Of a stretch of 45,959 bases of DNA, positions 35,736-45,959 are shown piece after piece (position 1 is the stretch's first letter; each line of letters starts with the position of its first letter). Source of the stretch: Octopus bimaculoides. Its lineage: Eukaryota. The notes beneath the pieces are model-generated. The model saw only the letters and a list, made by a program, of their open reading frames with translations, did not search any database and was not told the DNA's origin. A program made the translations under genes and the position numbers. The stretch lies in assembly GCF_001194135.2 (NCBI RefSeq), contig NC_068993.1, forward strand, positions 28,391,864-28,437,822, in the 5' to 3' direction.

Positions 35736-36146
35736 TACAATGGGCTTCTTTCAATGTCTCTCTACCACTCACAAAGTTTTGTGAACAAAACCTTGTGAGT
35801 GCTGAAGAAGTTTGCTCACACAACTATATATATGGTTTCAGGTTTGATCTCATTGTGCAGCACTTTGGGCAGTGTCTTCTATAGTAGCCTCAGTTTAATC
35901 AAAGATTTATGATTGAAATTTGGTAATGGAAACCATGTGAAAGCCCATTCCAAGGAGTATTTCTGTTCTGAAGTTGTACACTTAATCCAGTTTAACCACC
36001 ACCTGGCTTTGGAGTGCCTTTTGCGAGCTTTGTGCCAAGTCTCTAGTCAGAGGATAACTTCCTTCCACCAGTCACTGAAAGGAGCCTTCCTCTTCTGACT
36101 AAGCCACATGTAGAAACACACACATGCATGCATGCACACATGCACA

Positions 36147-36218
<72 letters not shown>

Positions 36219-36254
36219 GAAGAAACTTACTTGTACCTCTAGATAAATTTTGCC

Positions 36255-36530
36255 CGAATAAATGATGGGATGGTCATGGCTATAATCTCATTAATCAAAG
36301 GCCTGATGAATCAGTGCTGATCAGGACTCAACAATCTCTATGTAGTCATTCGAATTGCTAGAAATAGCAGCTAAATTTCCCTTAAATGATACTCTGCCAT
36401 CTTTAAAAAGGGAGGATACATTGAAATATGAAGCCCTAGATACTTTATGTCTGAAGAAAAAAGGCAAGCTGGTCACAGCTAGAATGCCTTTCATCATTGA
36501 TCTACTTAATCAGGACTGACCTGACCAACA
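36255..36530 (+). repeat. Unclassified old interspersed repeat (family E); related pieces at ~3360-3420, 4520-4860, 37270-37620, 45245-45280
   Basis: Recurring gggatggtca.ggct.gaatgcc..t.atca and ttgctagaaatagcagc.aaat motifs in both orientations. Confidence 0.55.
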
Positions 36531-36869
36531 AACAAATTCTGTTGCATTGCCAGTTATAGCACAGGTTATTTTGTTGTGCACCAAACAAAAGAGGAGAGTG
36601 ATGTGCAGTGAAGTGATATCCCACCAATCACACTTTCCTACTGGTTAAAAATTGTGTTGAAGTACAGGATTGCCTACTAGACAAGTTATTATTAATGAGA
36701 AGATAAAATAGAGTTTGCATCTATATAATCCTTTTTCTTCACCATTAATGTTCAACAAATTTAAAAGCATCTTTTCTATCCTGACAGCTCCTCTGCTCCT
36801 ATGAGAACTGCTGCACCCGATAGAAAATTAACAGTTGTGATATTAAGGTCATTGTTACATATTGGTTTC

Positions 36870-37070
36870 AAATGTTGGCACAAGGCCAGCAATTTCAGGG
36901 AAGTGGGTAAGTCAATTATGTCAACCCTAGTGCTCAACTAGTACTTATTTTATTGACCCTGAAAGGACAAATGGCAAAGTCAATCCCAGCAGCATTTGCA
37001 CTCAGAACATAAAGATGGATGAAATGCCACTAATCATTTTTCCCAGTGCAGTAACAATTCTGCCAGCTCG
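36870..37070 (-). mobile_element. Diverged SINE family B
   Basis: gtacttattttattgaccctgaaagga..aatggcaaagtcaa...tttgcactcagaacat is the reverse complement of the family B body. Confidence 0.7.
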
Positions 37071-37881
37071 CTGCTTTTGTCATTGTTATATATTAAAATG
37101 GCAGTGACAATCATAATACCACAACAGTGACATTAGGATTAATGCAGCCAAACATCAAAGGATTATCTGTAGAAAAATATGAGGGATCTTTTTAGTGTTA
37201 TTTACTCTCGGTTCTGATCTGATGAAATAGCAACCTTGATATCTTGTATTATATTCCCAATACCATATATCTAAGACTACATCATCTGTTGTTTCCTTTT
37301 TAAAATGTAACAAGATGTGATTTGAGGAAAATTTGCTTGTTATTTCTAGCAGATTGAGTGACTATGTAAAGACTCCCACTAGTACTGATGTGTTGTTGGT
37401 AATATTTAGAATGGTACTCTTGTCTGGATGAGGACCAACAACCTGGATTTTGCTTTGCCTGACTGGTTATTCTATCAGATGTTGTCAGTGACACTATAGC
37501 AATACAAAATACAAGATCTGAGCCTACAAGAGAGTCCTCTAAATAATCACTCAACTTGCAATAAGTGGCATCTAAATTCTCTTCAAACTAAAACCTACCA
37601 TCTGAAATAAGTTCAAGAGCAATCTACTGAATGTTGTATGCAAAAAAATTTCTTAACTAGTGTATTTCCCAGTGTCAAACACTTTGTCCTCAAGGATGCA
37701 CCCTAATTTTGACAACTAAAAATTTGAAAAAAAACCCCAAAAAATAATAAGCATGAAAATAAGGTTCTGGCACTTCGGGTCTTGTTACCTTTAAAGATGC
37801 AATGAAAAAAAAAAACATCACAATAACCTCCAGCACACCCTTAAAATGTTCCTAGCATTTATTTTGGCTGTTTGTCTAACA

Positions 37882-38171
37882 CAGTAGTTCTCAAACCTTT
37901 TCAAGCTGCTGCTCCCTTGGCACCCGGGTCACATTCCCTGCGTTGGCCCCCCCACATAACTCACCACCACAAACATAGGCCACTTTTTGCAGCAAATTCA
38001 AAACAACTGTATTTCACAAATAAAAGTTAACATAATTAACCCATTATTTTGGTTTTCTTTTACCTCCATTACCGCATTTTGGCCACCCCATTATCACCCC
38101 ACTTTTCTTCAATTGCCCTTCCTGAGTCTTTCAGGGAGGTGGGGCAGTACCATCCACTTTAGGAACCACTG
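37882..38171. mobile_element. hAT (Charlie/MER5-like) MITE with 8-bp TSD
   Basis: TIRs CAGTAGTTCTCAAA / TTTAGGAACCACTG; GTCTAACA at 37874-37881 and 38172-38179. Confidence 0.92.
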
Positions 38172-38926
38172 GTCTAACACTTATTTGCACTATGCCTTAC
38201 GTTGGCTAACCGTGACTGTCTCCCATTTGAACCCCCACACTCACATTTGTAAAACTAACAAAAGGCAGTAATCACCTACCTTACCAATTTGTTTTCTGGG
38301 ACAGTCATTACAGAGACATGGTAAGTTTACTCTCAAAGTTTATGCTTACCCACTGTAATACTGTAGCTACACAATGACAAGGATGGATTCAGAGGTGGGG
38401 TTAGGGGGATGCACCCCACTACCTATCAAGAAACTTAAAATTTGACTGTTTTGTTTAAATATGTATGATGGAAAGAATATTTTTGTACCAGCAACAAACG
38501 ACCCTTGAAGAGTTCAGTATAAAATTTTTTCAGTATCTCTGAACATGTTACACTGTCATTTCATTGATCAATTGCAATGAATCAGGAAGGTTCTTAAGCC
38601 AATAGTGTCTCAGTTCATGCAAGTGGATAGTGCTACAGCTGGTACAGTATTTTAAGATTTGGTAGTATTGGATGTAGACTTATCCAGTACTTTTTTTTTG
38701 TCCCAGACAAAAGTAAAACTAAACTCCATAATAAGAAAATTATTGCGAGAAATACAGAATAACATCTTAATGCAAAGTTACACTGTGTAAACATACCACA
38801 TGAACATGACATCGCAAATAGAACAAAATAAAAAAATAAAGATTACAGTAAAATCTACACAATAAGAAACATTTCAATCATAGAATCCTGAAAATATTTT
38901 GCTTATTGCTACCATTTATAGAAGTA

Positions 38927-39480
38927 CTAGCAGTATAACCCAACGTTGTCCGGGTGTGACTTATTACGCCATCTACGATAAGTTTTGCTAGGTGAACATC
39001 AACTAAAAAAGAAAGCCTTACAACGAAAAAACCCTTATGATGTAAATATGTTCATAATTCAAAAGACAATGAAATTAATAGGGAAAGTCTGAAGGCTGTT
39101 TTGCGTAACATTATTAAGCGTACGTAAATTTCATCCATCTAACTGGCTATACAAATGCTTGTGCAAAACAACTTTTTGCACTGCCCTGATTATACATAGC
39201 AGGGTAATCCCTTTTCACAGGAGCTAGGATGGCAATTTCTGATGAAGCAATTGCTGGTGATCTGTTGCTACACAGTTCTGCCAGAATTCTATCAGATTGG
39301 GCAGTAGATGTTGATGCACCATTTTGCATTATGTTCAAAGTAGCTTCTGGAATGCGGTGAATTACTGCAGTCTGTTGCTGTCTTTTTAAACCGGTTGCTT
39401 TCTTTCCCCCAGCAAACTCTCTTCTTTGGAGGCATAGGCAGGGTGGGTAGTTTTCACATTTCTAATTAAGTTCACTGATT
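38927..39480 (-). mobile_element. Probable non-autonomous Helitron: 3' terminus plus MPPKKR-initiated ORF remnant
   Basis: Degenerate subterminal palindrome acccggacaacgttgggt and CTAG|T end at 38927; 5' limit unresolved. Confidence 0.55.
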
Positions 39481-40489
39481 TTCAGTGTGTTGTCCTGTCT
39501 ACATAAGCTCCGTAGTTTGTATATTTACAAAACATTGACGAACATGTAGTAAAGTAAGATCTAGTTATATTGTAGTGAATGCTTGTGTACGTGAGCGTGT
39601 GTGCGTTTGAGAGAGTGAGAGAGAAGAGGGAGAGAGGAATAGAGAAAGGGAGCAATAAAGAGAGGAAGGGAAATAGAAGACAGTTATAAAATAGCAATGC
39701 TATTTTATAACACACACAAACTAAATCTTATATCTATAATGTTGATGTGTGTATGTATTTATGTGTATGTTGTTGTCATAGATCACGTATGTGCAGTTGT
39801 GTGTGTTTTTACGTTTCTATGGTATGAAAAATATGTAAAAAAACTAAGAAGAGACAAGGACACTGAACATGCAGACAGACAATGTAACGAAAACATGAAC
39901 AAGTGAAATGGCGATAAGCCCCAGATGACCAGGTCACGTAGATAGCTAGAGGTAGAGGGATAGAAGAAAGCTATTAAATGGGAGAGAGGAAGAAGAATGA
40001 GGAAAGAATAGAAAGGGAAAAATAGTCTTAAACCAAGTTAATCTATGACTTTGTATGTATCCCTTTCTCTCTCTCTCTCTCTCTCCCTCTTTTACTCTTA
40101 CTCTCTATATTATATGTTGAGCATGTGATCGATGTGTAAGAACGCCGGTAGAGATAGAATGGAAGAAATATAAAAATTGCTAGAAATTTCAGCCTTATAT
40201 ATTAAGATCACACAAACATGACATCCCAAATAGAACAAAATAAAAACAGAACAGAGATTAAAATCTGTACAGTTGAAATATTACAAATAAGAAAACATTT
40301 TAATCTTCAAATCCTGAAAATATTTCACATTATTACCATTTGTAAAAATTTCACACGAACATGACAAAACAAACATTACAATTAAATTACAATGGAGAAA
40401 GATTAAAAAGTGTGCAAATATTAAACGTATAAGGAAAATATTTCACTTTTCAAATCCTGAAAACTGACTGCAGTCATCCATAGCCCCAA

Positions 40490-41692
40490 AACCAGAAAAA
40501 TCAACAGGGTCTGAAGTATCACTATCTTTAAACAGAATGTCATCTTCTGTGCCATCTAATGCATTACTGATGTCACATTTTTAAAAAGATTTTACTACTT
40601 CAATTTTCACAGCATCCCATGATTTCAGGACCCACTTGCACACCTGAGCAATTGTTAAGCCTTTTTAAATGACCTGTTGGTGTTAGGTCATGGTCCTTGG
40701 CTCTTATCCACTCTTCTTTCATAAATGCCTTAAAAGTCTTGTTGATTTATACGTCCAATGGTTGTAACTGGCTGGTTAAACCACCAAGGATCACTGCCAT
40801 TTTTGTTTTCAATTTCTGCACCCTTTCTATAACAGACTTTGTTTTTTGAGTTTGAAACTGGTCCCGTGCCAGAAAGGATGATCTTTTTAAGGAGACTATT
40901 GGAATGCCTTAAGCAGACCTTATCTAGCCATAACTTCACTCCCTCTTCATCCATCTACCCTTTTGGGTAGACGTGAACAAAAATTCCACATGGAATTTTG
41001 TCTTTTGGTAAAGTTTTCCTCTTGAAAATAAGCAGCGGTGGCAGTTTTGTTCCATCAGCACAACACAACATAATGGGTTTTCTCATGTCCAGATGTCTTT
41101 ACACTTACGGTTTTGGACCCTTTAACATCCACTGTTGTATTTAATATCACATCAAACGTTAGTGACACCTCATCCATGTTTCCGATCTGACCTAATTCAT
41201 AGTCAGTCTCTTTTCTTACACTGATTATGAACCTGTGAAATTTGGTTATTTTGTTATCATAATCTTCAGGCATTTTTTGTGCTATTCTTGTTTTCATTCT
41301 CATTGCCAGTCTGTGCCTCTTCATAAACCTGTAATACCAGTTTTGTGTGCCTCAAAAATCATCCAGACCTCTTGCTGCTGCCCTTACTTTATTATTCATT
41401 AATAATCATTCTTATTGATACTGCAAGACCCAAATTTCTCTCTGCAACTATCAGCTCCTTTATCTCTTGCTCCAGTTCTGGCCACTTAGCTGCAATCTGA
41501 TGCAGGTTATGTTTAAGTCTTGATGCAGGCTTCAACAGGTGCTCTTGTTTCTTCCAGTAGTGGATCATTTTTTCAGTTGGCAATGCTCCAAAATGCCTCT
41601 CTGTAGCCCTGTTGTCATGTTGTTTGGCATATTCAATCACTTGTGGCTTGTAGATGATTGTATAAAGAGTATCTTCTGCTTGAGATTGCCAT
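40490..41692 (-). mobile_element. pogo-family (POGK-like) transposase pseudogene: Brinker-type DBD, CENP-B HTH, DDE_1
   Basis: MAISSRRYS(fs)YTIIYKPQVIEYAKQHDNRATERHF; KWPELEQEIKE; MKRHRLAMRMKTRIAQKMPED; IGNMDEVSLTFD; KTSGHEKTH; ISNALDGTEDD. Confidence 0.9.
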
Positions 41693-42128
41693 AATAATGG
41701 TTGTGCTAAAAATTTTAGGTAAAATCTTCTGAAGTTGTGGATCTCTCCTAATGTTAGCAGGTCCAGGTTTGAACTGGTTAAGACCATGGCTTTCAGAGAT
41801 CAAGGAGGAGGCCTATGTTGCTATCTGAATACAACATGTTTCATCACAGAGAATGAGTAAGTGATGACTGAATGCAACACGTTTCATCACAGAAAGTGAG
41901 TAAATGATTACGATAGTATTGTTAATATTTGCTTGTAAACACTTTTAAACATACCACAGTTTTACTTCTTTCATCACTTAATAATGTTCCCTTAAAGTCA
42001 GGTTGTTTGAAGAGAGTGACAATACTGGCAATATAGATACACATGTAAAATATCACTCGTCAGTTGCCTTGTCTAACATACACTTCACTCTAACATCATC
42101 TAACATACAAGAATGAATTTTTGTGATC

Positions 42129-42512
42129 CTTTTATTCTCTTATTTGTTTCAGTCATTTGACTGCGGCCATGCTGGAGCACTGCCTTTAGTCGAACAAATC
42201 GACCCCAGTACTCATTCTTTGTAAGCCTAGTACTTATTCTATCATCTCTTTTGCCAAACTGCTAAGTTACGGGGATGTGAACACACCAGCATCGGTTGTC
42301 AAGCGATGGTGGGGGGACAAATACAGACACACAAACACACATATATATATGACAGGCTTCTTTCAGTTTCTGTCTACCAAATCCACTCACAAGGCTTTGG
42401 TCGGCCCGAGGCTACAGTTGAAGACACTTGCCCAAGGTGCCACGCAGTGGGACTGGACCCGGAACCATGTGGTTGGTAAGCAAGCTACTTACCACAGAGC
42501 CACTCCTGCGCC
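42129..42512 (-). mobile_element. SINE family A, full length, CpGs largely intact
   Basis: Reverse complement of head and both halves. Confidence 0.92.
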
Positions 42513-43199
42513 TATTTAAAAACTTTTTATGATACTTTTGTTTATTTACTACTTTAACAAAGTATAATTTATNNNNNNNNNNNNNNNNNNNNNNNNNNNN
42601 NNNNNNNNNNNNNNNNNNNNNNNNNNNNNNNNNNNNNNNNNNNNNNNNNNNNNNNNNNNNNNNNNNNNNNNNNNNNNNNNNNNNNNNNNNNNNNNNNNNN
42701 NNNNNNNNNNNNNNNNNNNNNNNNNNNNNNNNNNNNNNNNNNNNNNNNNNNNNNNNNNNNNNNNNNNNNNNNNNNNNNNNNNNNNNNNNNNNNNNNNNNN
42801 NNNNNNNNNNNNNNNNNNNNNNNNNNNNNNNNNNNNNNNNNNNNNNNNNNNNNNNNNNNNNNNNNNNNNNNNNNNNNNNNNNNNNNNTTTCTTTTTATGA
42901 ATTTTTTTTTCTAAATATATGGAAAAATACGGACATTGATTCAGACAAAAATTTCAAAGCATTTCTGTAGTTACGGTTAGGGTTAGGGTTGTTGGGGAAA
43001 AAAGTCAAAATTGAAGATTTTTTTGTGGGTGGGGGGAATTTAACAATGCCGATTTTTGGCAAATTTCCGGAACCTCCGTATCCGAAAACGGGGGTTTTGG
43101 GGAAAAAAAAAAAAAAAAAAATTTAAATAAACAAATTTGGGAGAAAATGGGAGGAGTCGGGCGGAAGTCTTTCTCAAAATGCTTCATGTGAAGCTGTAC

Positions 43200-44150
43200 A
43201 TGAATGTGAAAAGTTACATACAGTTTAGCCTTGTCATGCTCTGTGTGGAAGGGAATGTGATAGAAAATGTAAGGAAGAATTTAGTACCACAATTAGTTGG
43301 CTAGTAATGTAGGATTGATTCGTACATATGTCATGTAGTATAAAAGGCCTGCCACACACGGTTGCTGCAGGAAGTAATTTCTTTGGCTTAGGCCACGCGT
43401 GGATGAACTTAGCTGCTCTCCACAACTACGATAAGTGCAGGTCGAAGTTCAGTGAAGAAGAGAGGAAAAACAGATTTCTCTGTCCGATATATTGGCTAAA
43501 ACGTTCTATGCCATAGTGGCATTACTAAAAGGGACATAAATCTGCTATTCTTGGAACATTCCAGAATGTTTGCCAAGGGAGGTCACTGGTGTTGAATCCC
43601 CTGGCTTCCGGAGATCCACGAAACAATGACAGGATTTGCTCCAATTTACGTTACGGCTACCCAATCTTTGGCCTTCAGGATGCATGGTAGATTTTCGAGA
43701 CTTATTTTAGGGAAAAAAGTAGCGTCTTTGATGCCGGAAAATGTGGTAATTAAAATTTTGCCGTTAGTTGGAGAAATAACAGGGCTATGTGAATGAGGGG
43801 GAGATAACTTAAGGAAATTAAGAATTACATCTATAACGGTGAATTACCACTTCTATACGGGTGTTTTATCTAGTTTTTATTAAGCGGTATTTTTACCACT
43901 TTTACAACGGGCTGAGATTACTTTATTTATATGCTTTCGACTTGGAATAAATAAATATTGATGTTTATTGAATAGAAATCTATGGTGATAAACCCGTCAC
44001 TTATAACTTAACTATAAGTATTATCACTATACATAAATCTTAAATCAGGCTGCGTAAATGCCGTGATGAATTATACACCGCCAAGACGCTGAAACGTACA
44101 TGTATGTTGAAAATAAATAAAGTTTGCTCTTTTTCACTGCTAAATAACAG
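43200..44150 (+). mobile_element. Highly degenerate element, possibly a Penelope-like 3' end
   Basis: Frameshifted RFLC..RYIG*...KSAI/LEH pattern reminiscent of GIY-YIG; gtgatga...gaaacgta followed by AATAAA at ~44062-44120. Confidence 0.3.
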
Positions 44151-44265
44151 TTTCATAGTTGCAAAAATCATCAACAGGTTGAAGAAAATGAAGTCGAGAA
44201 ATTATTTACTAAATTAGTTTGTTAACTTTCATTTATTATTTACTGTTATAATAAAATGGAAGGTT

Positions 44266-44635
44266 TCTCTCACCTTCTCTCTCTCCCTCCCTCACACACA
44301 CATGCTAGTTATCTCTGACTTTCTCTCTCTCTCCCTCCCTTACACACACAGCAACATTACACACACACAAACATGCCAACTTCAAAAGAAATAGAGGCGA
44401 TCTTTTTATAGTGAGTATGCGAGACAGAAAGTGTGGTGTGTATGTGAAGTTCTTTTGTTAGTATGAGAGAGCGGTGTGTGTGTGTGTGTGTAATGTTGCT
44501 GTGTGTGAGAAAAGGGGAGAGAGAAAGAAAGAAAGTGAGATAACTGGCATGTGTGTAAGGGAGGGAGAGAGAGAGAGAAGGTGAGAGATAATTGGCATGT
44601 GTGTGTAAGGGAGGGAGAGAGAGAGAGAAACTAAT
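44266..44635. repeat. Inverted repeat (~105-bp arms) built from tandem CT/CA-rich units
   Basis: 44266-44368 pairs with 44482-44588; an extra unit follows on the right. Confidence 0.85.
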
Positions 44636-45959
44636 AAAGAAAATACAACAGAAATGTTTTGGATTAGGGAAAATAAATATTTCTTAATCAAACTTAATGA
44701 AGGATTTAATAAATAGCTGAAAAAGTCCTTCGTTAGAGCAGAGTGACCGGGAGGGACAGAATTGACCGAGAATTTGGATTAGAAAAGACAATTAATAAAT
44801 ATTATGTCGGGAGAAGATAGATTTTTCAGGTAAGCAAAAGTATGTAAAGAGATAAAGAAACAGTTAATAAATATTATAGAAGCAACGTCTGGAGAGAAGA
44901 TAGATTCATTGTAAGGAACCATCCATATGAGAAGTGAGGATGATGACAATTAGGAAAAAAGAGAGAGATTAAGAGAAAATTGCTGATAATAGAGAGAGCT
45001 AATAACAATGAGAGAGAAAGAAGGAAAGAAAGGAAGAAAGAAAGAAAGAAACGAAGAAAGATGTTATTGACAGGGAGAGAGAAGTAAAGTAAAACGCTAC
45101 TACAGAGATATAAATAGAGTCAAAGAGAGAGGGAGGAAACGACTGGTGCAAATACTACAGGGGTATAAATAGAGTCAAAGAGAGGCATAAAGAGAGAGGG
45201 AGGAAATGACTGTTGCAAGTGGAGGAATAGCTAACATCCATACTTCTGCTCGATCAGGTCTGACCTGGAACTAAACAAAGAAATGAAAATTGAATACTTC
45301 CTTTGCAAAACCTCAACATATATTGGAATCCGTTTACTGAAACCAATTTAGGACTACGGCTTAGACATAACAATAACTGACTGCAATAAATAGCTGATAT
45401 TTCATTTTAAATTCAGAGTTCAGCACCTACTAATTTTTTTATGACAATAAGCGCTTGATAAATTATCCGCAATGGCAACAAGCTTCTTTCGCTCTATACT
45501 ATTGACGAAACTTTCAAGCTAAGAAAAATATCATTTACTATATACTCGTCAAACACAATCTGTAAACAGACAAGTGAAAACATTCAGGAATATTCAAAGA
45601 TTTAGTGTATGACTCTAAATAGTTGATGTAGTATAAATTAGACCAACTTTCTAGAGTGAATTTGAATATTCAAGGAGCATATATCTGTATAATATTGTCT
45701 CTACGTTGGGTACTCATTCAGTTGGACAAAATCCTTTGCGGTATTTGGGTCAAATAACCTGAATTCAAATTGCTGCCTTTCATCTCGTAGAAGTCGATGT
45801 AATAAAGAACCTCCCAAATACTGAGGTCAATTTCATACTATGCTGATCTGTGCAAACGTTCACGTCAAAAATTTACGAAGTGCAACAATCTTTGGGCCCA
45901 GAATGCTTACACGTACTAAGGGAAATAACTCAAATTTATATATATATATATATATATAT

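Noticed and set aside
36640-36830. Minus-strand frame ...LNLLNINGEEKGLYRCKLYFIFSLIITCLVGNPVL, resembling an Ig D-x-G-x-Y-x-C motif or GPCR TM1
   Set aside because: About 60 codons bounded by stops, no convincing splice sites, two incompatible resemblances; likely chance in AT-rich DNA
38285-38330. Strong ATG|GTAAGT (+) and TTG|GTAAGG (-) donor-like sites
   Set aside because: Only micro-exon-sized frames with no further support
42971-42990. TTACGG-TTAGGG-TTAGGG-TT as an interstitial telomere
   Set aside because: Only two perfect units, embedded in what looks like ordinary repeat sequence next to a gap

Overview
AT-rich eukaryotic DNA, dense in repeats, from a draft assembly (N-gaps at 1417-1514, 14643-14775, 15841-16219, 21702-22088, 22795-22944, 27921-27988, 42573-42887). 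The tRNA-headed SINE families suggest an octopus or other coleoid cephalopod; this is an inference from recalled repeat families, not a database result. I recognise no intact protein-coding gene, rRNA, true tRNA or CRISPR array. Almost every informative ORF is a decayed transposon. These are Tc1/mariner (mariner, maT-like, pogo), hAT (two TTF/ZMYM1-type transposase remnants and a MITE with intact 8-bp TSD), Merlin, Helitron (Rep and PIF1 helicase fragments, CTAG ends), Gypsy (RT-RNaseH-integrase, PPT plus 3' LTR), RTE LINEs and Penelope-like elements (RT plus GIY-YIG), alongside four SINE or SINE-like families. The best leads are: (1) three 80-235 bp segments that look copied from a donor 1.4-1.6 kb downstream into an unrelated element; (2) a minimal type I hammerhead ribozyme motif at 15134-15221; (3) a SINE inserted in a Helitron Walker A motif with a perfect 22-bp target-derived fold-back at its 5' junction; (4) several long fold-backs that could form dsRNA; (5) a weak, phase-compatible chain of possible + strand exons. 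All alignments, counts and folds were done by eye and need computational confirmation.
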